Below are positions 1 through 9,545 of a stretch of 64,000 nucleotides of DNA, piece by piece (the first letter of the stretch is position 1; each line of letters starts with the position of its first letter). Below the pieces are notes generated by a model. That model was not told the origin of the DNA and searched no databases. It worked only from the letters and a program-made list of their open reading frames with translations. The position numbers were made by a program, and so were the translations under genes. This DNA is from Fidelibacterota bacterium MT.SAG.2 (GTDB lineage Bacteria; Fidelibacterota; SORT01): positions 24,908 to 88,907 of the forward strand of contig SORU01000001.1 in assembly GCA_004402915.1 (NCBI GenBank), in the 5' to 3' direction.

Positions 1-278
1 CACCGGCAACCACAGAGATATACAATAAAATGATTAAATCTGGGCTTTCTTTGAAATTCTCGGAAGCGGGAGCCGCTATAACTACACCTGGATGCGGAGC
101 GTGTATCGGCGCTCATCTTGGCGTTATGGGTGAAAATGAAGTGGGCGTTTTCACTACAAATAGGAATTTCCCCGGCAGAACAGGAGCAAGGAGTGCGGAA
201 ATCTATCTGACGAACCCTGCTGTCGCCGCCGCGACGGCGATTATGGGTCGCATAACCGATCCGAGGGAGTTAGACTGA
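1..278 (+). CDS. leuC: aconitase-family 3-isopropylmalate dehydratase large subunit, C-terminal fragment (gene begins upstream of window)
   Basis: Frame continuing from position 3 reads ...TPGCGACIGAHLGVMG...TTNRNFPGRTGARSAEIYLTNPAVAAATAIMG. This matches the conserved C-terminal motifs of LeuC/aconitase large subunits (SNRNFEGRxG ... SPAMAAAAA). Confidence 0.7.
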   Translation, partial: PATTEIYNKMIKSGLSLKFSEAGAAITTPGCGACIGAHLGVMGENEVGVFTTNRNFPGRTGARSAEIYLTNPAVAAATAIMGRITDPRELD

Positions 279-339
279 AACCTGCCGAAGCCTTGTTATT
301 ATTAGTTTATAAATGCTGACCAGCGGGTCGGAACTGAAG

Positions 340-1113
340 CTATCTCCCGTTCAACCCGATTAGTTCACGAACCGTAAGAAACCGGTAACCCTGATCTCTA
401 AGCCGGTCAATTATAATAGAAACCGCCTCAATTGTCTGGCTACGGTCTACTTTTCCGAATGTGCCGCTGTCGTGCAGTATAATGATAGAACCGGGTTCGA
501 TACGGCTCATAACTCGTTCAACGATCTTGTCTGTCCCGGGATTGTATGGATCGCGGGGATATACTTCACCTACGACAGCCGTCATGCCGCTTTCGCTGAT
601 CGCGTCTAACATAGAAGGGGTGAAAAGTCCCATTGGAGGTCTAAAATAAATAGGCATCGTGCCGACAGTTTTTTCGATCAGAGCGGAAGTTGATTCAATC
701 TGACGTTTGACATAACTTTTGGTGTAAAGGGGGAGGAAAGAATGTTTGAACGAGTGGTTTCCTATTTCATGTCCCTCCGAGTGAATACGTTTAACAATTT
801 CGGGATACTTCTCCACATGTTTGCCGAGCAGGAAAAACGTTGCCTTGGCTTCTTTGTGTGCAAGAATGTCAAGCAGCTGAGGAGTATATGTTTCGTTCGG
901 ACCGTCATCAAAGGTAAACGCCACAACTTTTTCATCTGTGTCAACAGACCAGACGACGCGATTTGAAATTAGATGCCCGTACTTTTCAAACATTATTATG
1001 TCCGTATAATATGACAGAGCGTAAAAAGTTGTTGGGAATGCAACTATAGCGGAGATCAGAAATAAAGTTCTGATTTTCCACCTCTTCCAATTTTGAAATG
1101 GTATCAGACGCAC
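340..1113 (-). CDS. polysaccharide deacetylase (NodB/CE4 domain), N-terminal membrane anchor
   Basis: Motifs FTFDDGPNETYTP...ATFFLLGKHVEKYPEIVKRIHSEGHEIGNHSFKH are typical of the NodB homology domain. One hydrophobic helix near the N-terminus. Confidence 0.8.
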   Translation of the reverse strand: MRLIPFQNWKRWKIRTLFLISAIVAFPTTFYALSYYTDIIMFEKYGHLISNRVVWSVDTDEKVVAFTFDDGPNETYTPQLLDILAHKEAKATFFLLGKHVEKYPEIVKRIHSEGHEIGNHSFKHSFLPLYTKSYVKRQIESTSALIEKTVGTMPIYFRPPMGLFTPSMLDAISESGMTAVVGEVYPRDPYNPGTDKIVERVMSRIEPGSIIILHDSGTFGKVDRSQTIEAVSIIIDRLRDQGYRFLTVRELIGLNGR

Positions 1114-1116
1114 TTT

Positions 1117-2541
1117 TCAACCCGCTTGATTAATCACTTTCAGATAGTCTTCCTTAAAGAGATCCAAACGTCTGATAATACTCCTCCGCTCAAGTTGCAG
1201 TTTTTTAACAATATTCTTATTTGTAAGAAGCGTAAGAGATAAATTCCACATCCGCCAGCGGTATCTCAATTTTTTCATGTAAGCGAGAGCCGCAAACCCT
1301 ATAAACGGGAGTGTAAGGAGGAACGAGAGAGCTATGAATGCGGTGAAATATGTATAAACAAGGAGAGTTTCAAGGGAGTAGTAAAATAAAAATCCAATTC
1401 CGCCGCCTATCATAAGTGCTGATGAAGTTTTTGTTTCATCGTAGCCGGATTTCTTACCAATATACTCGGCGAATTTGTACGGAATGTAATTAGTCAGCAA
1501 ACCTGTAACCCAAATAGGGAAACCGATGATACTCCAAAAAATAATCTTCCAACTTCGTCTGCCTACGTTTGCCTTATTCAGATCGCGCTGAAGTTGTGAA
1601 TCATGCAAATTAAGTCTGTCTATTTTTAGTATATAATTTTTTACATCTTTCATGAGAGCGTTCACGCCGTCAGGGTTTTTCTCCATATAATAAGTCACTG
1701 CATCAGCAAGTTGTTGACTAAGAAACATATCCTTGAAGATATCACTTTTTGACTGAAGTTGCTCATCCTCGTCAAGATCCACTTTTAAATTTGCCTTATA
1801 AATTTTTTCGAGGTCGGTGACAAAGTCATTATATTCACTCTTTTTTACGTTCACGGTGAGTTTAACAAGTTCATCGGAAATCCTGTCATTTAGCTTATGA
1901 ACGCCCTCATACTCGTCTTTTTCATAGCTGTCCTTAAATTCGGAAATAGGAATCGGTCTTCCGAAATTTAGCAATACTTTGCTCCTGAATCGATGACGGG
2001 CTGTAAAATATAGTCCAAGTGGAATGATAGAGAGATCAAGATTGAAATCATTTTGTTTTTCAGCGCCGAGCGCGATTCGCGCAGTCCCGGTTTTAAGTTT
2101 GAGAATCTTCCGATCGGTCTGACTCGTACCTTCGGGGAAGATCCCGATACATTTACCATCCTCTAATATTTTATACGCCGCCCGGAACATATCTTCATTA
2201 TCTTCCATCTTTTCGGGATTGTCCTCGCGCCGATAAACAGGAATAATTCCCATCGCAAATAGGAATCTCGATTTTATGCTGTTGGAGAAAAGGCCCGAAT
2301 GACCGATATAATGTATCTTGCGAGGCGTCTTTACCGCTACGACCAAGGCGTCCATGATACTCGATGGATGGTTTGCCGCAATTATAAGAGGACCTTCCTT
2401 CGGAATATACTCATCACGATGAACTTCTACTTCGTCAAAGAACAATTCGATGGCGAATTTGATTATAAGTTTTATGAGATTGTAAAATATCATTTTTAAA
2501 ATGGTGTAGCGTGAATATAAGCAGGAAGCGAAGTATTTCAA
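1117..2541 (-). CDS. PlsC-type lysophospholipid/glycerol-3-phosphate acyltransferase with extended C-terminal multi-TM region
   Basis: HX4D acyltransferase motif (AANHPSSIMDAL) and the FPEGT motif. The C-terminal ~150 aa are hydrophobic. The gene sits 3 nt from the downstream deacetylase gene. Confidence 0.65.
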   Translation of the reverse strand: MKYFASCLYSRYTILKMIFYNLIKLIIKFAIELFFDEVEVHRDEYIPKEGPLIIAANHPSSIMDALVVAVKTPRKIHYIGHSGLFSNSIKSRFLFAMGIIPVYRREDNPEKMEDNEDMFRAAYKILEDGKCIGIFPEGTSQTDRKILKLKTGTARIALGAEKQNDFNLDLSIIPLGLYFTARHRFRSKVLLNFGRPIPISEFKDSYEKDEYEGVHKLNDRISDELVKLTVNVKKSEYNDFVTDLEKIYKANLKVDLDEDEQLQSKSDIFKDMFLSQQLADAVTYYMEKNPDGVNALMKDVKNYILKIDRLNLHDSQLQRDLNKANVGRRSWKIIFWSIIGFPIWVTGLLTNYIPYKFAEYIGKKSGYDETKTSSALMIGGGIGFLFYYSLETLLVYTYFTAFIALSFLLTLPFIGFAALAYMKKLRYRWRMWNLSLTLLTNKNIVKKLQLERRSIIRRLDLFKEDYLKVINQAG

Positions 2542-2841
2542 AACACCTTTAATTAATTAATATTATACGGTAAAGAAAACGTAAAAATATCGAATCACAA
2601 AAGCATTGACACTTTTCGGCTTGGGTTTTACTTTTACGGCGTTCTGATGCAATAAAGGTGACGAAAAAGGATGGAGAGACATATAAAATATCGATTAGGA
2701 AACGCGCTTGAGAAAAGCTACGCAGTTGTATTTATAGGAATAAAGAAGATAAACAGTGTTATACATTTCAGGATTGCCTCACGCAGTCTATAATCAGGAA
2801 ACTATTACAACATTAATTAGTAAAAGAAGAGTAGTTTAAGA

Positions 2842-3435
2842 ATGAAACTCGTTATAGCTACCAGAAATGAAGATAAACTTATGGAAATTAAGGAAATATT
2901 TGAAGGGAGCAGTTTTGAACTCAGTTCGTTGAATGAGTTTCCTCAAGCGCCTGAAGTTGAAGAAACCGGAGATACTTTATTAGAGAATGCTTTATTGAAA
3001 GCAGAAAGTGCCGCAAAAGCAACGGGGCTACCGGCATTAGCGGATGATACGGGTCTTTTCGTTGAAGCATTGGATGGAGAGCCGGGTGTGTGGTCTTCAC
3101 GTTATGCGGGAGAAAATGTATCATACGAAGAAAACCGCGAATTGCTTTTGAAGAACTTGAATAACGTCCCTGAAGCGGAGCGCACGGCGAAGTTTGTAAC
3201 GGTTGCCGTATTTGTAGATGAGATTGGACATTTCAAAGCAGAGGGAGAAGTGGAGGGATTGATAACAAGCGAACCGAGGGGGACCAACGGATTTGGCTAT
3301 GATCCACTCTTCCAATCAATATATTCGGAGAAGACGTTCGGAGAATTGACGCGATCAGAAAAAAGGGCATTTAGCCACAGAGGAAAAGCGTTCGAGGAAA
3401 TACTGCGAATATTGGATACCAAGTTTTTAAAATAA
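2842..3435 (+). CDS. rdgB: non-canonical purine NTP pyrophosphatase (RdgB/Ham1 family)
   Basis: MKLVIATRNEDKLMEIKEIF, EPGVWSSRYAG and GTNGFGYDPLF are hallmark Ham1/RdgB motifs. Length 197 aa. Confidence 0.9.
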   Translation: MKLVIATRNEDKLMEIKEIFEGSSFELSSLNEFPQAPEVEETGDTLLENALLKAESAAKATGLPALADDTGLFVEALDGEPGVWSSRYAGENVSYEENRELLLKNLNNVPEAERTAKFVTVAVFVDEIGHFKAEGEVEGLITSEPRGTNGFGYDPLFQSIYSEKTFGELTRSEKRAFSHRGKAFEEILRILDTKFLK

Positions 3436-3502
3436 TAATAGGAGGGACTTATAGAGAAATAATGATACGATGATTGCGTCATAAAAGCCGCATTCAAAAA
3501 AA

Positions 3503-6500
3503 ATGAATAAAAATATTAAAAACAACAACAAAAGCGACAAGCGGCGGTTCTTAACTGAGTGTCGCTGTTATATAACAGTGTTTGTTCTGTCCATGCTTCA
3601 GGTTCCGGCGCTTTTTGCGCAGGAAAATGAACAGTTGTCGATCTATCCTATTCCCGGATTTGTTCCGCTGTTCGAAGGGAGTTTTCAAGCGCTATATTGG
3701 TCTCCTCACGATTCTAATATTGTGATAGATGGCGCGGTACTGCCTTTAAAATCACCCTTGATCAAATCAACAGTAAAAATGGATTCTTCCGGAACATATT
3801 TTATATTTCGAAGAACGTATCGGGGGAAAGATATTCAAGCTCCGACCATCATAAGCCGATCGGATTATTATTTGCTCGCCAAGGATCATAGTTTTTTAGA
3901 ATTTTGGACGGAAAGATTAGAGGAAGTGATAAAACGAGAGAGAGAAGCAGGACGTGGAGGGGCTATCGAAATCGTCGGCGGAACGATTGCGGGACAGGAC
4001 GTAGCGCTTCGGGTGACCGGTAATATCAATATAAAGGGTGGTATTCGAAACGAAAGCAGGAGTACGGTCGCCCTTAATTTTGCAGAGAACCAAAGCACTT
4101 CCTTCAAGCTTGACCAAAAGCAGCGATTCAACATTGAAGGAACTATCGGTGATAAGATTAGTTTGCTTGTCGACCAGGATTCCGAAAGGGATTTTGAGTT
4201 TGAGAATGCGTTAAAAATTCATTACGTGGGAAATGAAGATGAAATCATTAAACGCATAGACGCAGGCAACATCGATCTCACCCTTCCGGGAACTAAGTTC
4301 GCCGTATCAGGCGGGCGCAATCAAGGGTTATTCGGGTTAAAATCACTAATGAAGATTGGTGGTATGGAAATTACGTCAATTGCGAGCGTTGAAAGAGGGA
4401 AAAAAGCAAAGCTGACATTGGATGGTGGAGCAACTTCACAGGTGAAAAGGATAAACGATTACGGTTATTTGAGAAACACATATTTTTTTCTCGATGATTA
4501 CTATAAAAATAGTTTCTATCCAACTATAGAAACTTTATTTCGCGCTAAACCTGCGAACAGGAGGATTCAAAATATAGAGGTTTATCTGACTGCCGGCGGC
4601 ACTGAAACCGGAAGCTTCGAGGCGATAGCCGTGCCCGATCCGAATTCCCCTGAGCAAATTGAAAATTTTACAGATTTCGGAGGAATAAAGCAGCGATTCA
4701 AACGATTGATAAAAAATATAGATTACGAAGTGAGCGAAAATCATGGATTCATCAGGATGAATACATACATGAGTAAGAATGATGTTCTTGCGATAAGCTA
4801 TATCGATTTTGGAGGAGATGTCTTCGGCGGACAAAGTGTGACTCTTGAAGGAGACAGTGCCGAATTGGCTGTATTGAAACTCATAAAGGGACGGAATCCA
4901 TTTCCGACAGATCTGACATGGAATTTGGAATTCAAAAATGTCTATTATCTTGGAGCAACAAATATAAACAGTGAGGGATTCGAATTAAAGATAGTTGATG
5001 ATCGTTCCTCAGGAGAGCCGCAGGAGAGAAATTCGAACGGCATAAATTTTCTTCAGTTATTCGGACTTGACTCCCTTGATGTTAACGGTAAATCACAACC
5101 TGACGAAATTTTCGATATAGACAGTGACGCTATAATCAATTTACAACGAGGAGAGTTATGGTTTCCGGCTTTGAGACCGTTTTATACTCCAAAGGCATTA
5201 GACTCGAGTTTTTACAGTCAGGCTATTTATGACAACACCATACCGACAGAACGGCAAGCGGCAAGCAAATTCAAAATTATTGTCTCTTATAAAAATCGGT
5301 CATCTACAATAAGCCTCGGTTTAAACTTTATTGAGGGAAGCGAAGAGGTTACATTGGACGGTGTAGTGCTCAATAGAGGATCAGACTATACTATAGATAC
5401 TTTCACGGGGCAGTTGACACTTCTAAAGGAAGGCGCCACCGATCCGGGAGCCAACTTAGAAATAAAATACGAAAATAATCAGCTCTTTCAATTGGACAAA
5501 AAATCGCTTTTGGGAACGAGAGCGGAGTATCGCTTTGGAGAAAATTCATTTTTCGGCGGAACATTTCTTTATTACAGCAAGAGTACAATAGACCGGAAGG
5601 TGAGAGTCGGTGAAGAACCGATACGAAATATGCTGTGGGATTTTAACGGTAAATATTCGGCGAAACCTAATTTTATTTCAAGGGGCGTGAATGCTCTTCC
5701 CTTAATTAAAACTGATCAACCTTCTTCGTTCAGCATGGAAGGCGAGATCGCAAGGATAATTCCGAATCCTAACACACTGAACAGTTCTGAAACGGGCGAC
5801 AATCAGGGAGTAGCATATTTAGATGATTTCGAAGCAAGTAAGAGAGTCACATCTCTGACTATAACCCGAAAGCATTGGTATAAAGCATCTCCTCCGGATT
5901 TTAAGATGGATGATGAGAGAGCATTTACATACTGGTACAATCCATTTGATCGTGTGTTAACAACAAATATTTGGAAGGACAGGGATACTGGGAATCAGGC
6001 AGGTAATCTTTTTACTGACGTGCTGAACATAGTAATCGATACAGAAAAAAACCAGAGAGATGTAGCCGACAGCACTATCGCACAGGAGCAACGATGGGGA
6101 GGCGTAATGAGAGCGCTGCCAGCAAGCTTTTTCGATCAAACCCAGACCAAATTTATTGAGATATGGATTAGGGGAAGCGAAGGACAGATTAATTTAGATA
6201 TTGGTCATATTAGCGAAGACGCAAATGATGACAATGTGTACAATACGGAAGATATACCTGTGGCTGGGACTATCGGCAACAATATAGTTGATGAAGGTGA
6301 GGATACGGGAATTGACGGATTGGATGACGAGGATGAGGAGGGCTATGATCCGAACTCCAATCCGGATCCAAATGCGGATAATTGGGAATTTGATTCGAAC
6401 GTCAGACCGCTCAATTATCGTAGAATAAACGGAACAGAGGGTAACCAGAATGATGAAGGCGGGAGAATCCCTGATAGTGAGGATCTCAACAGGAACACAT

Positions 6501-9500
6501 TTCTTGACACGAGAAGCGATTACTTTGAGTACTCGTTCTGGCTGGATGGCAGAGATGATCATCTCGTTGCAGGAGGAGATAAGAATGCCTGGCGCCTTTT
6601 CCGGCTACCGATAAATTCATATAATTATAAATCAGGTGCGAACGTTAATTTCCAAGATATACAATATGTTAGAGTTTGGATAACAGGTCTAACAGGTGAG
6701 AAAGTTGTTCAGATAGCGACTATTGAAATGGTCGCGAACGAGTGGCAGGAGTTAGGAGTAAAACGCAAAGGTTTTGCCGAGTTTGACAAGGAAGATTCCT
6801 CCTTTGCGATTACAATTGTGAATACGGAAGATAACAGCGATATCTATGACGGCAAGAGGGAGAATGGCGATCCGAGTCTTCAACCGCCTCCCGGAGTTGA
6901 GGGAGTTGAAGACCGGATAACAAGGGTAAGAGCGAAAGAACAATCGTTAGTTCTTAAATTTGACGATCTGCCTCCGGGAGCTATCGGAGCAGCAAGGAAG
7001 GTATTTTTCAACGAGCAGGATATAATAAGATACGGAAAGCTCAAGATGTTTGTGCATGGAGATAAACATTTCGGCAAAGACAGTTCTTCGGTAGAGTTTT
7101 TCATGAGGTTAGGCAGAAATGATGACAGTTACTACGAGATATCGGAACCGGTTTATCCCGGGTGGGACGAACGGAATTTTATCGAGATCGACTTAGATCT
7201 ACTGACGCAGCTGAAATTGCGAGAAGGAGACTCCTTCAACATCGGGCAAGGGAAAAAAGTGCGAATAGTGAATTCTCCGTCATTAACGAGACTTAAGCAG
7301 ATTGTAATCGGGATCAAAAATAAGCACAAGGTGGCGCCGATTTCAGGTCAGATCTGGCTTGACGAACTTCGTGTGTCTGAAATCAGCAGGGAGGGAGGAA
7401 TCGCGGCGCGCGCAAGCGCATCACTTAAAATAGCCGACATCGGAAACGTGAACTTTAGTGTGACGAAGCAGGATGCCGATTTTCATCGAATCCAGGAAAA
7501 AATCGGTAAAGCGGGTGGAAGCGCTGAAAATTTTTCGTACAGGTTCAACAATACATTTCAGTCAAACAAACTATTGCCGCCTCGATGGGGGCTTTCAATT
7601 CCGATATCCTTTAATATAAACCGTTCGGTTAGGACTCCCAAATATTTTCCGGGGACAGATATTAGGGTACAGGGAGCTGCTCCCGATTCTATTAAAAATC
7701 TTAATCTCCAAAAGATCTTTAAAATATCTTTTAAGAAGAACAGTAAATCACGCTCAAAGTTCATAAAATACAGTTTGGATAAATCTTCGGCGAATTTGAA
7801 TATCGTAAATCAAAACGGGAGCAGCAACCAAATTGCAAAGAAATTTTCCACTGCATACAATGGTGGCTATGCTTATAATTTACCTATAAAGCGTAAATCA
7901 AAGATAAAGCCGTTTTTCTGGGTTAGACCCGTCCCCTGGCTTGGCAAGAAAATAGGAGATGAAAAATTTAATTATTATCCGAATTCGTTCAACTGGAATA
8001 TAAAAGCGACCGAATCGAAGAGTAACAATATTCCTCGTCGCGGAGTTCCGACAGAATCTTACAAATTTAACATGGTAAGGAACTTTAAAACCGGCTTTCC
8101 TATATTTAAATCGGTAACTCTCGATTATGGAAGAGGCTGGACAAACGATCTAAGTGAATTGAGGCAGAGAAAATCTGACCTGTATTCAGGGGATTTCGGA
8201 ATTCTCACGAATGGAAATGAAAATTTTTCGACCAAGTGGAACCCCAGAATTTTCGACTTTATGTCAACAAGCTTTGGCTACAGCAGCACGTATCGGCTCC
8301 AGATTCAGAGGGTAGACACATTGAGTAGAAACAATGTGAGCAATCAAAATCAGTTTAACGCTAATTTAAATTTCAATCTGAAGAAATTCATGTCAATTTT
8401 CGCCAAAGAAGATACTAAGCCTAAAAAAGGAAAGAGTAAAAAACGGTCAAGCCGCCGCTCGACGAGAGGTAGGGGGAAGAAAAAACAAAAAGATGAAATA
8501 ATTAAAAAGGAAAAAAATAATCCTACTGTCGGTGAACTCTTAACATCACTTTCGAAAAAATTACAACCGGTGAATTTTACTTATTCCAAAAACAAAAATA
8601 TATCGAACCCCGCCTTGTTAGGAGAACCGGGATATGCATATAAATTAGGGTTCACCGAGGATCCGAATGTAGAAAGAGATCCACGTGTTGTTGCTGAAAA
8701 CAGAAAAGGGGAAACAACTAATTTTTCTACTCGAAGCGGACTGAATATAAGCCGGAATTTTACTGTAAATTTTTCCTATAGTCAGAACGAACGAAGAAAT
8801 AGAACCTCTTCGAGCAATTTGAACATAACAAAGACGAGAGATTTTTTCCCGATAGGCGTAACAGGAAGAGACGGCTTCCCCTTTCCAAACTGGAACTTTC
8901 GATTGTCGGGTCTTGAGAAACTGCCGATATTTACTAAGTTTACCAAAAGTGTGAGTCTTGAGCATGGGTTCGGAGGAAAGGAGAATGAAAAGGGATTGGA
9001 GACCATCAGGTTTATACAAGAAACAAATACGGATTCTATATCGAAGGAGATAACTGGTGTGGATTATTCTAAATCATGGCAACCGCTTGTGGGTATGACC
9101 TTTAATTTCAAAAAGAATATTTCTGCTACATTCAGGTTTAACAAATCATCATCAATATCAAATTTCTTCGGTGGAATAAGAGAAGGCACTCAACTTCAGA
9201 ATACATCTAATATTTCTTTAACCGCAAACTACTCAAGACGTGGAGGGCTCAATATTCCTCTTGTTTTCTTAAAGGATTTGAAACTCGATAACCAGGTATC
9301 GTTCTCCCTGACCTATGATAACGGTAAGAGTGAAACGCTTACGAGAACAGGTACAACTGAAGGAGAATTCGCTCCTATTAATCTCTCCAGAAGATGGAGC
9401 TTAAATCCGCAGATGACTTACTCTTTCAGCTCTAAATTGAATGGAGGTGTATTCTTTGAATTCGGAAAGACAGAGACAATACAAGGCTCTACAAGTTTCA

Positions 9501-9541
9501 GGGATTTTGGCGTCACGGTAAACATTGCTATTAGGGGGTAA
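3503..9541 (+). CDS. sprA: giant cell-surface/outer-membrane protein, SprA/Sov-like type IX secretion translocon candidate
   Basis: 2012-aa ORF with a signal peptide ending ALFA|QENE and beta-rich composition with low-complexity loops. It lies in a genome region full of T9SS cargo and PorV-like genes. Size and context fit SprA, but no specific SprA motif could be verified by eye. Confidence 0.55.
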   Translation: MNKNIKNNNKSDKRRFLTECRCYITVFVLSMLQVPALFAQENEQLSIYPIPGFVPLFEGSFQALYWSPHDSNIVIDGAVLPLKSPLIKSTVKMDSSGTYFIFRRTYRGKDIQAPTIISRSDYYLLAKDHSFLEFWTERLEEVIKREREAGRGGAIEIVGGTIAGQDVALRVTGNINIKGGIRNESRSTVALNFAENQSTSFKLDQKQRFNIEGTIGDKISLLVDQDSERDFEFENALKIHYVGNEDEIIKRIDAGNIDLTLPGTKFAVSGGRNQGLFGLKSLMKIGGMEITSIASVERGKKAKLTLDGGATSQVKRINDYGYLRNTYFFLDDYYKNSFYPTIETLFRAKPANRRIQNIEVYLTAGGTETGSFEAIAVPDPNSPEQIENFTDFGGIKQRFKRLIKNIDYEVSENHGFIRMNTYMSKNDVLAISYIDFGGDVFGGQSVTLEGDSAELAVLKLIKGRNPFPTDLTWNLEFKNVYYLGATNINSEGFELKIVDDRSSGEPQERNSNGINFLQLFGLDSLDVNGKSQPDEIFDIDSDAIINLQRGELWFPALRPFYTPKALDSSFYSQAIYDNTIPTERQAASKFKIIVSYKNRSSTISLGLNFIEGSEEVTLDGVVLNRGSDYTIDTFTGQLTLLKEGATDPGANLEIKYENNQLFQLDKKSLLGTRAEYRFGENSFFGGTFLYYSKSTIDRKVRVGEEPIRNMLWDFNGKYSAKPNFISRGVNALPLIKTDQPSSFSMEGEIARIIPNPNTLNSSETGDNQGVAYLDDFEASKRVTSLTITRKHWYKASPPDFKMDDERAFTYWYNPFDRVLTTNIWKDRDTGNQAGNLFTDVLNIVIDTEKNQRDVADSTIAQEQRWGGVMRALPASFFDQTQTKFIEIWIRGSEGQINLDIGHISEDANDDNVYNTEDIPVAGTIGNNIVDEGEDTGIDGLDDEDEEGYDPNSNPDPNADNWEFDSNVRPLNYRRINGTEGNQNDEGGRIPDSEDLNRNTFLDTRSDYFEYSFWLDGRDDHLVAGGDKNAWRLFRLPINSYNYKSGANVNFQDIQYVRVWITGLTGEKVVQIATIEMVANEWQELGVKRKGFAEFDKEDSSFAITIVNTEDNSDIYDGKRENGDPSLQPPPGVEGVEDRITRVRAKEQSLVLKFDDLPPGAIGAARKVFFNEQDIIRYGKLKMFVHGDKHFGKDSSSVEFFMRLGRNDDSYYEISEPVYPGWDERNFIEIDLDLLTQLKLREGDSFNIGQGKKVRIVNSPSLTRLKQIVIGIKNKHKVAPISGQIWLDELRVSEISREGGIAARASASLKIADIGNVNFSVTKQDADFHRIQEKIGKAGGSAENFSYRFNNTFQSNKLLPPRWGLSIPISFNINRSVRTPKYFPGTDIRVQGAAPDSIKNLNLQKIFKISFKKNSKSRSKFIKYSLDKSSANLNIVNQNGSSNQIAKKFSTAYNGGYAYNLPIKRKSKIKPFFWVRPVPWLGKKIGDEKFNYYPNSFNWNIKATESKSNNIPRRGVPTESYKFNMVRNFKTGFPIFKSVTLDYGRGWTNDLSELRQRKSDLYSGDFGILTNGNENFSTKWNPRIFDFMSTSFGYSSTYRLQIQRVDTLSRNNVSNQNQFNANLNFNLKKFMSIFAKEDTKPKKGKSKKRSSRRSTRGRGKKKQKDEIIKKEKNNPTVGELLTSLSKKLQPVNFTYSKNKNISNPALLGEPGYAYKLGFTEDPNVERDPRVVAENRKGETTNFSTRSGLNISRNFTVNFSYSQNERRNRTSSSNLNITKTRDFFPIGVTGRDGFPFPNWNFRLSGLEKLPIFTKFTKSVSLEHGFGGKENEKGLETIRFIQETNTDSISKEITGVDYSKSWQPLVGMTFNFKKNISATFRFNKSSSISNFFGGIREGTQLQNTSNISLTANYSRRGGLNIPLVFLKDLKLDNQVSFSLTYDNGKSETLTRTGTTEGEFAPINLSRRWSLNPQMTYSFSSKLNGGVFFEFGKTETIQGSTSFRDFGVTVNIAIRG

Positions 9542-9545
9542 TTAA

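Noticed and set aside
461-966. Three short ORFs (461..649+, 742..966+, 762..944-) inside the polysaccharide deacetylase gene
   Set aside because: They are fully contained in the 340..1113 minus-strand CDS, which has clear NodB motifs. They are compositional shadow ORFs without motifs.
3886-9019. Many 60-125-aa ORFs on the opposite strand inside the sprA-like ORF (e.g. 3886..4134, 4535..4834, 6194..6562, 8645..9019)
   Set aside because: Antisense to a continuous 6-kb ORF. No motifs, and no independent start or RBS context.
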